Assembly: GCF_037042905.1 (NCBI RefSeq)
Contig: NC_087246.1
Location: 6,262,001 to 6,326,000, forward strand
Source of the DNA: Lytechinus pictus
Taxonomy: Eukaryota
Direction: 5' to 3'
DNA length: 64,000 nucleotides
Each line of letters starts with the position of its first letter. Position 1 is the first letter of the stretch. The notes below the pieces were generated by a model. It ran no database searches, was not told where the DNA came from, and saw only the letters and a program-made list of their open reading frames with translations. Positions 51,013-64,000 of the stretch are shown piece by piece. Position numbers and translations under genes: made by a program.

Positions 51013-54000
51013 TAGGCATTTGAGGCATTTATAACACTATATAGAGAGAAGTTTGTTATTCCCAGGTTCTGTTTGAAAGTGATGCATAATTCGTATCAGG
51101 TTCTAATTAACATGATTGTTTTTTTGTACTTCCCTGTCCGTCCTCTTGGTTCATTTCTCCTCGATTAACGAGTCTTAACAACAAGAAAGAGATTACCATC
51201 TCTGTGCGTTTTCTGGTCGCGCGCGTCTTTGGTTTATTCCAAATCTAAATTTCCCATAGCGTTAAATGAAAACCTCATCTATCAAACAAGTTTCATTGTC
51301 ATGAAATCGGTTTTGAGTTCAAACTTTTTCAAATTAAAATAATCAGTCTGAATTTTTGATTGCCCAAAATTAAAAAAATATATATAAAAAAGAGGTCAAT
51401 ATCGATCTAGAAAATGGAGAGATAGAACAGCCACAAAAGACCGCCTTCTCGTATTACAGCCTGAAAATGAGAACTGCTTGTATATGCCCCTCGGATTACG
51501 AAAAGAAAATATGTATGCTATTCCTCCACACAGGTAGATAATGAGGGCGGCATGTTTTGATCAGGTTGATTGTCAAAATGTTGATGTTTCGCCAACATTC
51601 CAGATTGGGAAGTAGATATCTCTTGGAAGGTAGAATGCCGGTTACAAGGCAAGATGGGTTTACTTTACTCAATGGTTGTTTATAATTGAGTTAGTACTTG
51701 TACTTATACTTATAAACGCACCTTATAGGGTTTCTCACCTGAGCTTTGATAAGAAAGCATGAATCAGAAATATTGTAATAGATTTCCACAAAAATCAAAA
51801 GCCATCGTTAAATTCTTGATATAAGGAAGTTATTTCTTGATATCAAGAAACCCTTTCTGGAGGTTATTTTATAATGGTTTAGTAGAATGTGATTAGTGGG
51901 CAGTTATCGATTTATTTTCAATTTGTATATCAACCACAAACGTGCACAAAATTATTTTTGTGAATTAATATTCTTATTTCAAATCTGAATTCGATGACAA
52001 TTTCAGTGTAATGCTTGTTAGATATAAACTTATTGGAGTGGTAGTTTTAAGAAACCATGCTATGAACCATCTTTTCCCAGAATTTTTTTCAACAATTTCA
52101 TGTATTTCTCTATCATGTCTTCTTTTCTCTTGTTACCCCTACTTCTCTGTCCTCCAGTGTCAAAATATGTCAAGTGTTTAAGAATAATACAAAATATGCT
52201 TTTACATGCTCGAGTGGCGGGCTCGAATCATAAAGCCTAAACCAACTGCCTGTTGAGTGACCCATCAAGATTAACTACGGCAGAGACTGGTAAAACTGGT
52301 CAAGTATATTCACAAAATATTTCAGCATCGAAGAAAGTATCTAATTGGAAGACAAACATAATCGATAAATCAGATGAATAAAAAAATACTTGTACTATCT
52401 CGCCTTACTTACGTGAATGCTTGTCAAGATTTTTTGGGGAGATATCTTTTACAAAATGGAAGATCCGGTGGATGCTAATTTGCTCGAACCATCTTCTAAA
52501 ATTGAATAATCTCCAACAAACCACATCGACCTTTTTCGACAATTGTATCAATGGTATACCGCCTGCGTGCCTGGTTTAAGAAACCACTTCAGCATTGTGA
52601 TAGAGAGTAAGAGTGCGTGGGGTGAGAAACAGGGAGGGGGGGGGCAAGAGAAGAAAGATAGATGGGGTTAATAATGAGGGAGAGGAAATGGGTGGGAGGG
52701 AGGGTCAGGAAGGGAACTGGAATTGCATCTGATCGGAAAGTACATGCTCTCTGTGCCGTCTCCATTTTTATGTCCGTTTTGCTTTTATGCAACAACAACC
52801 TTTCAAAAACATTTGTCTTTTGACATTTCCTCGTTACCCGCTTTCTCTACAGAGCCACAAAACCATCTGAATTTTTCGTGATCAAATTACTTTCGGCGCA
52901 ATTAACTTCCACTAGATACAGATCTAGAATATAAGAGCTAAATAAAACCAGTATAGGCATGCATTATGTATCTGAAGTGAAAAGAAACCCTTGGTACACA
53001 GCTTTGGTGATGGTTATCAAGTTCATAGATTTTTATCATTTGTTTTCACTTCTCTACAACCAGAACAATAATAAACGCATGTGAATGTTTAACTGCAAAG
53101 AAACAGCAGTGTCCCATTCCAAAAGTACATGCCATGATGTGAGAAAAGGGTATCGTTATATTAAGCTAAATATTAATGTGCATCATAATCATGATAGTGT
53201 GAGAAATATCTACCCATTTTAAACATAAGTTAATATTTGGAGGCCTTTTCATGATGGTTGTTTACGGTTGTAATTCATTCTTTTCAAGGCATAAATTATA
53301 AAACTGGTGGTAAATCGTCGGGTAAATCTCTCCATGAAGTCAATATCCATAGCTCTATCTATTACAAGACCACAAATCCGATCTTTAAACTGCTTTTTAT
53401 GCCCAAACTTAAAAAGTGCGCTTAATTTCATAGCAAATTTTGACGCCATGTATGAATCGGCGTTTACGAATACGTGTGCTTGAATGGAACTTGGTCGCGT
53501 TAGGGCGTGACAAAAATCACAAAGTCTTGGAGCCAAATGTATTTCGACTTTCGATTTTTCTCTCCCTCTTCCTGAACGACCAATAAAGCTCGTGTTATCA
53601 CAAGGCCATCCCTCACACTTGAATAGATTAACCCTCTTAACCTTAGAACACCAATAGTTTTTTTGTGAATTGGATATGGTCGTTCCATGTCAGCAAGAGG
53701 GTGTAGGTGTGAATGGGGTAAGAAGTAGTATCACCCGTATCAGACATCTAAGCTGGTCATTTACAAAACCGTATTTCCCTGTATTTTATTATTATCAGGA
53801 AGGGATAGGTATATTGTTTGTATTTTCCTCGGTCTCAATGTGCGTATTGACTTTGCATGCAGAGACGACGCAAAATATACCTTTGTATTTTCCCTGGTCT
53901 CACATCCGGGCCTTTGAGGATGCGAATGAAGTGATGCGCTTCATAATGTTCCGCGCACCAACGATCTACGTCATAATAAAGACAACGCTGGATCTGGGCG

Positions 54001-54127
54001 CTTGCAAGTACGTCATAATGGTAAAGTGCAGAGCCTAGACACTGATATTATCATGACACAACAGAACTCTATTCTTAAAAGATATCACTGTTATCATGAT
54101 TTTTGCTCTAGATATCTGATTTGGATG

Positions 54128-55220
54128 ATAATAAAACTATTGACTGCCCTTCTTTCGGGGAACATCAAATATATTGCCCTTAAGGACGTTCCACAGTTAT
54201 GTTTGTGCGCATTATGATCTGCGCATAGTTTACACTCTGCGCGCTGACGTCACATTGGATGAACAGGTGATTAATTAGCTGCGGGTATGAGCTGATTTTT
54301 CTCATCTTCTGCACTTTAACTGCAGATCCGATGCGTTATTTCATGAAGCTAAAAAAATGAATTATTCAATGGACCATTCAAAAAAAATATTCTCTACAAT
54401 TTCATTATACTTTACTCTGCAGTGCTGCTAAAAATTACGAATATTACCCCGAGTTTGAATAAATGGTAGAGTGGTTTTGATTTTTTCTTCACATAGATAC
54501 TAAGCATTCGGCACATTTTTGGTGTTTTAAAAAGCACATTTGCTCTAATAAAAATGATGATAGTTTAAAAACAAGCACATGAACCCCTATTTTTTAATGT
54601 TTGTACCTCTTAGGTATACCTTCCTTTACAACTCTGCAAATTTTGGTGAAAATGACATGGATTTTGAATAAAGTGCAGCATTTATTGAACGTTTGTGGTT
54701 TGTTGCTGAAAATATACATTTTTAGATTGGGATTTCGTTATCTTTTACGCCATTTTTAAGAACTGACAGTGCTGTTAAACTTAAAATTGCAAACAAATAG
54801 CACTATAAATAGATTCTCCATTCTAACGATACAATTATTAACTCTCTTGCGAAATTTGATGACTTTTTCATGTATTTTGACTGAGTAATAGAGGTTTAAA
54901 CTCATTGTAGTAATCTTGGGCGGTCTAAAAATGCTAAATTCTTTTGAAACCGCAATTCTTAAGAACATCAATGTGGGTGAACTTTGAAGCTCTATAGTAA
55001 AAAATCAAGCACATGGACCTTTGTTAATTTTTGCATATTTAGAATATTAAGGTTTTAAAGTATCTATGTGCAAATTTTGGTGAAAATGACATGGATTTCA
55101 CTTTAACTGTGGAACGTCCTTAAAAGACCCATATTGCCCTCGTCTAAAGACTCGGGCCAATATGATTCTTTTGCTGGCAATATATTTGATGTTCCCCTCA
55201 AGACCAGTCAATATTATATA
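54128..55220 (+). mobile_element. Family F hairpin split by element G
   Basis: 54128-54183 plus 55120-55220 rebuild the reverse complement of 30857-31010. Confidence 0.82.
54184..55119. mobile_element. Kolobok-type non-autonomous transposon (element G, 936 bp)
   Basis: Perfect 16-bp TIR GGACGTTCCACAGTTA / TAACTGTGGAACGTCC; TTAA TSD confirmed by the single TTAA in the uninterrupted F copy; internal direct repeat TGCAAATTTTGGTGAAAATGACATGGATTT (~54635, ~55069). Confidence 0.9.
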
Positions 55221-55720
55221 AATATTTCATGACGTCGAATGATGAGGATAGGTCATAATAATCTATGAATGAAATATGTACCTGTTCGTTTTCGCACGTA
55301 CAGCGCTAGGATTCAGTTGTAATTACTTGAGATTGTAGGAAACCTTTAAAGATGAAAAAATAAGTTATAATTGCATTATAACTTCCTTTCAAAAGGTCAG
55401 TCGAACATTGGAGAACAATAAAATACATCTTGGAACGGGATAGGGTTTTAAATTGGCACGGTTAAACAAGTTACGTGAAATAAATAGACCTTCAACCTGC
55501 AAAATGTTACTACATCCACCCATCGACGTCTTGATTTAGGGTTACTATTAAGATTTTAAAAAATCACTAATGACAAAAAATATACTCACCTACAAATTTT
55601 TACTTTGGAAATTTCATAACCATCTGCAAATCTGCATATATACATGCATATATTTTCATGATAAAGACCTTGACTCGGCTTGCAATATAGAAAGCTTACA
55701 ATGCGTAAAAAACACCTCTG

Positions 55721-55878
55721 GGGGGCGTTTCATGAAAGGACTTGTCGGACGTTTTTATCTGACAAGTCCCATTTTATCCGACAGTTACCATAGGAACAGT
55801 GCCTCTCAGCCAATCAAAATCATGGAAAGATGTCAGATCTGACAACTTGTCGGATGAAAATATTTATGAAACGCTCCC
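55721..55878. mobile_element. Harbinger-type MITE with CTG TSD
   Basis: CTG-GGGGGCGTTTCATGAA ... TTTATGAAACGCTCCC-CTG; core CAGCCAATCAAAATC also seen in relics near 4170 (reverse) and 29487. Confidence 0.8.
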
Positions 55879-56835
55879 CTGGTATCAACCAGCAAGATCG
55901 TCATCACCAACGGGCTATGCGCAGACTTGGAAAAAGATATTCGAGCGCGTGCGCATGTGAGTGTGTTGGTTGGTGTGAGGGTGCGCCGTGCGCGTGTATG
56001 AAGATTGAACTTCAAGATATTATTTTAAAAGGTATCAAACATTTCTATTTTTTTCCAAATTACATTCCGGCAGCTTTGATCATCTTGATTGCTGGTATTT
56101 CAAATATAGCCATTCCAAGGGAATATTTACCGATTCATGACATATCTCTTTGTCTTCAATGCTTGAAAGGGGATGTTCCAAATTTTACAAAATCTGAAAT
56201 TGAATAAAAATGTCAGATTGTTGTATTTATGGTGACTATCCTATACTACAGCGACTAGATTTTACCTGTTACGAGGCTCTGTACATTATTATAGAACCAC
56301 TGGTTGTTTCTGGAAATGTAAAACTGGGAAGACGAAACAGAATCATGCCGTGCAAGAATAAAACCTAGACAGATGGGACTAGATAAACAGACAATTTAAC
56401 CTGTCAAATATAATCATTGTCAAATTGCTTTCAGAGCGCAGCATAAATCAAGCAGTTATCTACGATGTGATGATGGTAGTAAGATGATATAGTTTATCTT
56501 CTTCAATGACCACTGGACGAAGAAAAGGTCAAAAAGTGCACTGAACTTGAAAGGTGAAGTCATATATATATATATACATGTATGAAATTGAACTTTTGAA
56601 TAATTTCATCCTAAACACAGGTTTGCAGGGGCGGAACACATTGTCACAGCGCAATAACGATTGAAACAGTATACAATCCATTTTCTTCTTCTTCTTTACC
56701 AATGTGTTTACCATTAGTCTATAGAATCCAGTTAATCACTTCTCCTACCTGTAATCAAATTACTCTAGTCTTACTGATTCGGGATTATTTTCAAAATAAA
56801 TGTTATTACAAAGACTTCATGAAATCCACTATTTT

Positions 56836-57847
56836 TATTGTCTCGCTTGCATGACTATAGGCGCCGTTTTTGCGACGGCGACGGCGGTGGCGTCGTCAAC
56901 ATTGAAATCTTAACCAAGGTTAAGTTTTTTAAATGTCATAATAACTTAAAAAGTATATAGACCTTGTTCATGAAACTTGAATATAAGGGTACTCAAGTAT
57001 TACTGAACATTCTGCCTCAGTTTCAGGTCACATGGCAAGGTTAAAGGTCATTTCGGATCAATGAACTTAGACCGTGTTGGGGGAATCAATATCGAAATCT
57101 TAACCAAGATACAGTTTTTGAAATGTTGTCATAACTTCGAAAGTATATAAATAGTGTATCACTAAAGATCCTTCCTGAGTTTCAGGTCACATGATTAAGG
57201 TCAAAGGTCACTTAGGGTCAACGAACTGTCGCCATGTTGGGGGTATTTGATGAAATGTCATCATAACTTTGACATTTTATAGATCTAGTTCATGAAACTT
57301 GAACATAAGAGTAATCAAGTATCCTTGAACATCCTGTGCAAGTTTAAGGTAACATGACCAAGGTCACATGTCATTTAGGGTCAACAAACTTTTCTAATGT
57401 TGGGGATATTTGCGGAATCGTCATCGTAACTTTAAAAGTTTATGGATTTAGTTCATGAAACTTGGACATAAGGGTAGCAATGTATCCCTGAATACCCTGT
57501 GCACGTTTCAGGAACATGACCAAGATCAAAAGTAATTTAAAGGTCAATGAACTCTGGTCGTGTTGGGAGTATGTGTTGAATTGGCATCAATACTTAGAAA
57601 GTTTATGGATCTTGCTCATGAAACATCGACATAAGGGTAATCAAGTATGAATGATTGTTTTGCACATGTCTTAGGTCACATGATCATGGTCAAAGGTAAT
57701 TTTGGGTCAATATACATAATATTTCATTATGATATTAGTGTTTTCTTTTGTGAATGATTATTCATTAGCTGTTTTCAAAGGCAGCACTGATGCTGTATCG
57801 AATTGCGTATTAAATGCAGGCGAGACTGTCAGGGGCATTCCACTTGT
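56836..57847 (+). mobile_element. Non-autonomous Helentron-like (HINE/Tsp/pearl-type) element with ~163-bp tandem core repeats
   Basis: T-run 5' flank, subTIR GTCTCGCTTGCAT / ATGCAGGCGAGAC, short (CGGCGA/CGG) microsatellite, about five units (CATGAAAC at 56969, 57291, 57454, 57617), 3' end CACTTGTTT. Confidence 0.8.
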
Positions 57848-60800
57848 TTACTCAATGTTTTGAGTATAGAAAGTGGTCAGAGCAATCTACAAATAAGCTT
57901 TTTAAAATGATGTAAATTCAAATGTAATCAGGAGAGTAAAAGGGGCCCACAGATAGACTGACTTTTAAACATTTCAATGTTATTCATGAAAAATGATTGA
58001 CCCATACAGGCTACATATGTTAAAAAAATACTAGATAGAGGTCAAAATCAGATATGCTTTATCCTTTCACTACACCGAGTGTTTTTTTTTATTCACCTTT
58101 GTGCATATTTCCCACCGCGATGTCTGTGGCACATGAACATTTTATATAGCTGTTTATTTGAGCCTGAGTTATTAAGTATTGAGTGTTTCGTTGAATGACT
58201 GATTAACAAGAAGATACAGATTTTAAAACAGCATAGTTACAATTGTAATGCAAAGAGTATGATAAAGAAACTTTCACCTCATACATTGTCTTCGAGAAGA
58301 TAATGAATGATATATCTCTAAACTGAATACCACTTTTAAAAAAAAAATCACTTTCTTCCTATTTCTCTCTCTTAATAAGTATTTGGACAAAATGTTTCTA
58401 AAATACGTTTTCCCTTTCCAGATTGTTTTGGGCTAAATGTGTTGCTTCATAACCCTCGGCTGGTGTGGCCACCCCACCCCCACCTAGGAAAATAGATTTT
58501 TAGTGAACCCACCTTATAGTATGATATCATTCAATATGCATTCATAATTAGAATCATTCGTCTATATCTTTAACACCGACAAATGTGATTCATTACACAT
58601 AAACATGACAGTTACATCCATCCAGAAGGGGTTCTTAGACAATCATTTTCCATCATGTTCATCTCGAAACGATCTAAGAGTCATTCTCAAAGGCAAAGGT
58701 AATAAATCGTAGGCATTAGAGTATGATTTATTATACACCCACTCGCTTATATGGCAATGATAAGGGTGATTGGAGTTTGGTTCATGATTAAAAACTCGTT
58801 CACTGACACCGGTCATTGTATCTAATGTTCCCCGAGGTATCCTTTCATCATTACCCAGAGGATTAGGAATGGTAGGGAATTAATCTTTATAATTCTGATA
58901 AAGCAGAATGATGGTAATTAGCTGGAAAATATAAGTGAATAAAAGAAAAAGAAATCTGGAAAGTGAAAATATATACAAAATAATTATTTTCAAAAGAAAA
59001 AACCTGAAATTTATGGCTTAGAGTGAGCGTTGATATTTTAGTCTTTTTTAGTTCTGCCTGAAAAGAAAATTTTAAGAGTTACTTTTGAAAATTTTAACAT
59101 CACTAAGTTCAATTCGCAATTATTGATTGATATCCGTCATGACATCTTGTTGATGATTTTTTTTAAAACAGTTTCCTCATACAATGGAGATTCTGTCTTA
59201 AGAGGAATTATTTTTGAATGGGTTGTTACATCTTTATAGTGCTAAAGAAGAGAATGTGGATCATCGGCATCTCAAGCAGTTAAGTTCACATTAGTTTCTC
59301 GATGTATCATATGTACAGATTATATGAATGATTAATAAACATATAATCCGCCTCTGACTTAATGTAAGCAATGGTTAATGAGGTGAAGCTCCAATGATAT
59401 CTTAAATACAAACGGTTGTCTTTACATGGAAAAAGATCGCATTTGTGGTTTAATTCGGACTCATGGGCTCTTATTCCTTCTGTTGACTAAAACCTGCAAA
59501 ACTTGTTATTGAATTCAATGGCTATGGAATCACACATAATTTTGTCAATAATAATCAATGAATATCCCCTCTGTAGATTTTCGAGCTCCCGATGACCAGT
59601 ATAAAATGTTTATATTTATATGCTATACCCTTTATCGGAGGAAATCATACAGATTTTTCTGACTTACTGACAAAGTGCAATATTGAATTTATATCATTTT
59701 TAGATGGAAAATTCATCTCTTGATAGTGAAATCAAGCAACCCTTTAAGAACATCAAACAAACATTGTTCCTACTTGGCGTTATGTGCTGAGGGTATAATG
59801 TTACATGCTGTTCAGTGGCTCTTGGGAACGCGATAAAAAGTCAACGTGAAGTATTTTTTTCTATCCTAAGCAATTGATTGTGAGTATCAATGAAGGAGAA
59901 AAAAAGAAGGGGGCATTGAATAAAATGTCAATTGAATACCTTCCCCTTCGACTCGAGTGAGTGCAGAGAGCTCAAGTAGTCATATGGTTTTCCCGTATTG
60001 AGATGACAATATATTTGAAACATATTAAAGGCGGTATCTCCCGTTATAAAATAATAGGGATTTTTACAATGTTGTAACGTACGTCTACTTCAACAAGTCT
60101 TTAGTACTATGTAAATTTAAAAGTTCAGATGGAGTTTAAATAATATGAATATGATTTTAAAAGGAATTACAAGAGAAAATATATTTTGCTCAATCAAATG
60201 ATGTATCCGGTAGAAACGAAATGGGGTAAATTTAATAATATATAAGAATGAAATGAAGAAATTGAAATAATTATTTAGTCTCTATTTTGTTATTCAACTT
60301 ATCAGGAAAAATAATGAAAATTGTTATTTTGATTGTCTTGAGTAAGTATATAATTTATGTAATTTTGTATCGGTTGGTGTGAAGAATGGACGATGTTTCT
60401 GACTAAAATAATCCTCATAACACGAAGGTTTAAAAATGCACCATCGAGAGTGCACTTGCATGTATGTTGTTCATTAAAGCCTGCAAATCATATCAGTGAA
60501 ATATACATACCCAATAATTAATGTTTTGAAATTATTCTGACAAGTGGACAATTTGATCATAGTGAATATAGGTAGACAGACAGAAAGAGAGAGAGAGTCA
60601 GAATAAGTCAGGCAGACATACACTTTTTTCTTTCCACACACACGCGAACACAGCCATATAGGAAGGAGAAAAGGGAGGGAGAAGTGGAGCAAATATAACA
60701 GAGTGGGATAGGGTGTGCGTGTGTGTGCGTAATACATGAGAGAGAGAGAGGGGGGAAGTGAGGGAAAGTTATGTTATGTGTTACGTGTGCATGTGCCCGC

Positions 60801-60871
60801 ATGTTGTGTAGGGTGGAAAAATGAGCAGAGTGTGGATGTATATGTCCACGTGTCTGCGTGATATAGAAATG

Positions 60872-61298
60872 ATTATACAACTCCCAAGAATGTTCTGTTA
60901 TCTGATTGGTCCAAATCGGATCACATGATATTCAGCTAATTGCACTATTGCATCCAAAATGCACTATCTTGCACTCTGACGTCATACCAAATGTACTATC
61001 CTGCAATCCTGCACAGGGTAGTGCGAGGTCTGGAATTATCTAGAATTATCTAGAATTTAGATCCAAATATAGCGTTCGGGGCAACTCGGTAACATGGATG
61101 AGGGGGGTGTATAAACCAAACAATGCACGCATTGTTGTGCAAAGAGGATTTGAATAATGAACTCTGTGCTCGACTCGCCAAATGGATATACCGCACTCGG
61201 TCCTGCGGACCTCGGTGCGGTATATCCATTGGCTCTTCTCGCACATCGTTCATTATTTGGCCCTGCATGTACGCGCTTACGTGCATTATTTGTATAAT
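60872..61298 (+). mobile_element. Hairpin-ended non-autonomous element (family H, Crypton-like)
   Basis: 5' end ATTATACAACTCCC inverted to internal GGGGGTGTATAA (61103-61114); 3' ~190-bp hairpin with perfect 16-bp inner stem (61181-61196 / 61215-61230) ending TGTATAAT. Confidence 0.7.
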
Positions 61299-62320
61299 AT
61301 AGAGGGAAGGGAAGGGGACAGGTGTGTGGTAGGAATGTTTATTTAGTTTGTTAATATCTACTCTAGATATCAATATACGCATATATATTCCGATAGGAGA
61401 AAATCATACAAAAAATTTTATTCACGTAAACTCAAATGATTCTTTATTGTTATATGTACCAACATGATCGGAACGATATTTCTCATAACATGAAAGCATT
61501 CCTTATAAGAGAGATAAAAGGTCACAATATTTTGAGTGACCACATTATGATTAAAGGATCGATGACTTTTTTTCATCTGGAATGATTTTTCATGACCGAT
61601 ATTCTACCTTCTACGTTTTCATCCTCCCAATGTAATAATGTTATGTTCATCATGATGTCAATGGTTTTGAGACATATTATAAGCAGACTCGCTATGTTCG
61701 AGAGGTACATAGTGATCATATTGATTAGAATCAGAGAACATCCATGTCGGGGATGAAAGACGGATTCCTGTCGACTGTGACATATTTATCACCATGGTAA
61801 CTGGCTAATTATACCGTAAGAATAATATGGAGCAAACGAGGCGCTACTTTCATTATCAAAATGCGAAAAGTGAAATTATTCATAATTCGGGGGGATCATA
61901 AGTCAATCAACACATAAAACGACTTGGTTTTAATGGTCCCAAAGAAAAAAGATGTTACAAAACACATTTTGAAATGGCATCGGGTAAAGAAATGAAAGTG
62001 TGAGAATACAAAATATAAGAAAGAGACCTGAAAGTTCAATGTTTCTTGAAATGGCTGAAATCAAAAGCGGACTAATTGTGTTGTTGATGTTTAATCGAGT
62101 TATTGCTATACTTAATTGTACTGTCTGCATCTGCATAATGGGAAAACGCAAATTATGATCATACAGTACAGATGAATATGCAATATTATTATTTTGATTA
62201 GAAACATCTATAGGCATTCTTTGAAGACCTACTTCTCATTAAATCTGACTCTTAACCACACATAACATGATAAAAAGGCTCTTCATTTATTCGATCTAGT
62301 AGGTAATCATTACACACAGA

Positions 62321-63041
62321 GGCCCGTATTCTGAAGTTAGGTTTAACTTAAGGCCACCGCACACCTTACGACTGTTCGCGATCCGATTTTGGAACAAATC
62401 GCATTTTGCTCATTTTCTGAAGATGTGAATGGAACATATCATTTTATTTGAGGTTAAAATTAATTGAAATATTGATATTATAACCAATTTGAAAGATTGC
62501 AAGCCCTTATTTTGGAGTAAAGTCCAAATTAGATTCAAATCGTAGCCAATCGTACGACTGCTATGACGTCATTACGACTAGATATTAAATTCGCTTTTAT
62601 TCTAAGAAGGATGATAGTATAGTCACAAATTTGATCATAGGTATTCGTACGATGATTTAGAACATTACACAGTAAGGTATTCCAAGTCTCAATATTAGCA
62701 TCAAATTCTACTACATTTTATTTGAAATCGGGTCGCAGACGAGTCGTAAGGTGTGCGGTCGCTTTTAGACCACGGTCTAACTCTGCGCTAAAATTATAGG
62801 AAGCCCCAAAAAATGTTTATATTGTACATTTCTTATGTTTACTATTTTGTTTCCTTTTGCTTTCATAATGAAGAAAAATATTTCAATTATCATTCCCAGA
62901 CAATTATGAACAATTTTGGTGTTGTATGAGTTAATAAATTGCATGCGTACTGTAAGGGGTTTGTGCTCCATTTGACTCTCCATAGTTAAACTACAACCTT
63001 AAACCAGGGTTTGATTTAAACCCGAGTTCAGATTACGTGCC
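62321..63041. mobile_element. MITE (family C) hosting family B copy
   Basis: Termini GGCCCGTATTCTGAA / TTCAGATTACGTGCC with GGTTTAA/TTAAACC subrepeats. Confidence 0.65.
62351..62764 (+). mobile_element. PIF/Harbinger-type MITE family B, uninterrupted copy
   Basis: TIR AGGCCACCGCACACCTTACGACT / AGTCGTAAGGTGTGCGGTCGCTT; TTA TSD at 62348-62350 and 62765-62767. Confidence 0.88.
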
Positions 63042-64000
63042 AGTGCCTCTCAGAGAGCACCTGGAGATAAATCATATTAATACCACACAATGAAGAGAGA
63101 AGGAAAATTACTCAAAGACATGAAGACACTAATGCAGACAGAAAGTTTACGAAACGCCCACCTTGTCTTTGACAATGTTTGAGAACACGTGGGGAGCAAT
63201 TTTTCGTCGCTTTGTGAATAATAAAGCCGTAATGTTCTTTTCTGCATTTGCTATGATAAGTGGATACTTGCTGATCAGAGAAGGCTCAGAAACCTTGATT
63301 CAATGTTTGACAAATCTGCAAATGAGAAACCCAGGCAAGATATTTTATTCTAACTAAACGTGATACATTGTACTTTCATCGATGAAAAATATAATGAAAA
63401 ACATAATGTTAATTGTAATACTCTTTCTTCCCCAGGGTAGCCTCACCATATAACTAATAGTACCATTTACAAAGTACATACCTGGAATATGATGGATTTT
63501 GAATACACTTACTGACTACAAAACTACTTGGTTATAATGCCATTTCTTAAAGATATTCTAGACGTGTACAAAGATGTACAAAGATGGATTCGGATTTCTA
63601 ATAAAATATAATATTAAATCGAAGTCTAAATGTTATAGGATTTGCTAGATAAAGTCATTAAGATTTAGATGCCGTACAAGTTTTGTTGCATTTAACATGA
63701 TTTGACACAAAACCTGGCAGAATGTTTAATATCTATACCACTTTCTTTTTTAAAGTGGTCATTTGGACCATCTTGGACAAAATCCTGGGTTGATATGGCT
63801 TTCTGTATAGTACTCTAGTATATAGTAGTATTTTTTACTATAATGCTTATATAGAGGGCATTTTATATTCTCAACCATTTTTATGAAATAAATAATACAC
63901 TTGTTTACCTATTAAAAAAAATGTATTTGGCCCTTGCACTCCTGTAAGATACTATTAGATTTTGGGATATCCGTTTGGTAAAGACCGCACTTTTTATAAA

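Noticed and set aside
56940-57720. Regularly spaced repeats as a CRISPR array
   Set aside because: Whole 163-bp units are homologous, there are no unique spacers and no cas genes.

Overview
AT-rich eukaryotic, repeat-dense intergenic or intronic DNA. The repeat repertoire (Deu-SINE, Kolobok/Harbinger/hAT MITEs, Tsp-like Helentron, CR1 LINE) suggests a marine invertebrate deuterostome, probably a sea urchin; this is inference. I see no intact protein-coding gene, CRISPR array or prokaryotic system, and the listed ORFs are microsatellite or transposon artefacts except 29616-29831, which is a piece of a dead LINE reverse transcriptase. Supported content: two intact tRNA-Thr(TGT) genes plus a decayed third copy, a CR1-clade LINE fossil, several SINE fragments, about 20 non-autonomous DNA elements (many nested), and a putative promoter/first exon near 18.6-19.7 kb. 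The most notable signals are: (1) hairpin-ended elements that insert without a target-site duplication (Crypton/tyrosine-recombinase-like), one of which can be removed cleanly to restore the LINE reading frame; (2) a nested Harbinger pile-up forming a ~714-bp near-identical inverted repeat; (3) a decayed Penelope-type hammerhead ribozyme; (4) a Helentron-like element carrying ~163-bp tandem units. Family names come from structural hallmarks and recalled consensus motifs, not from database searches.
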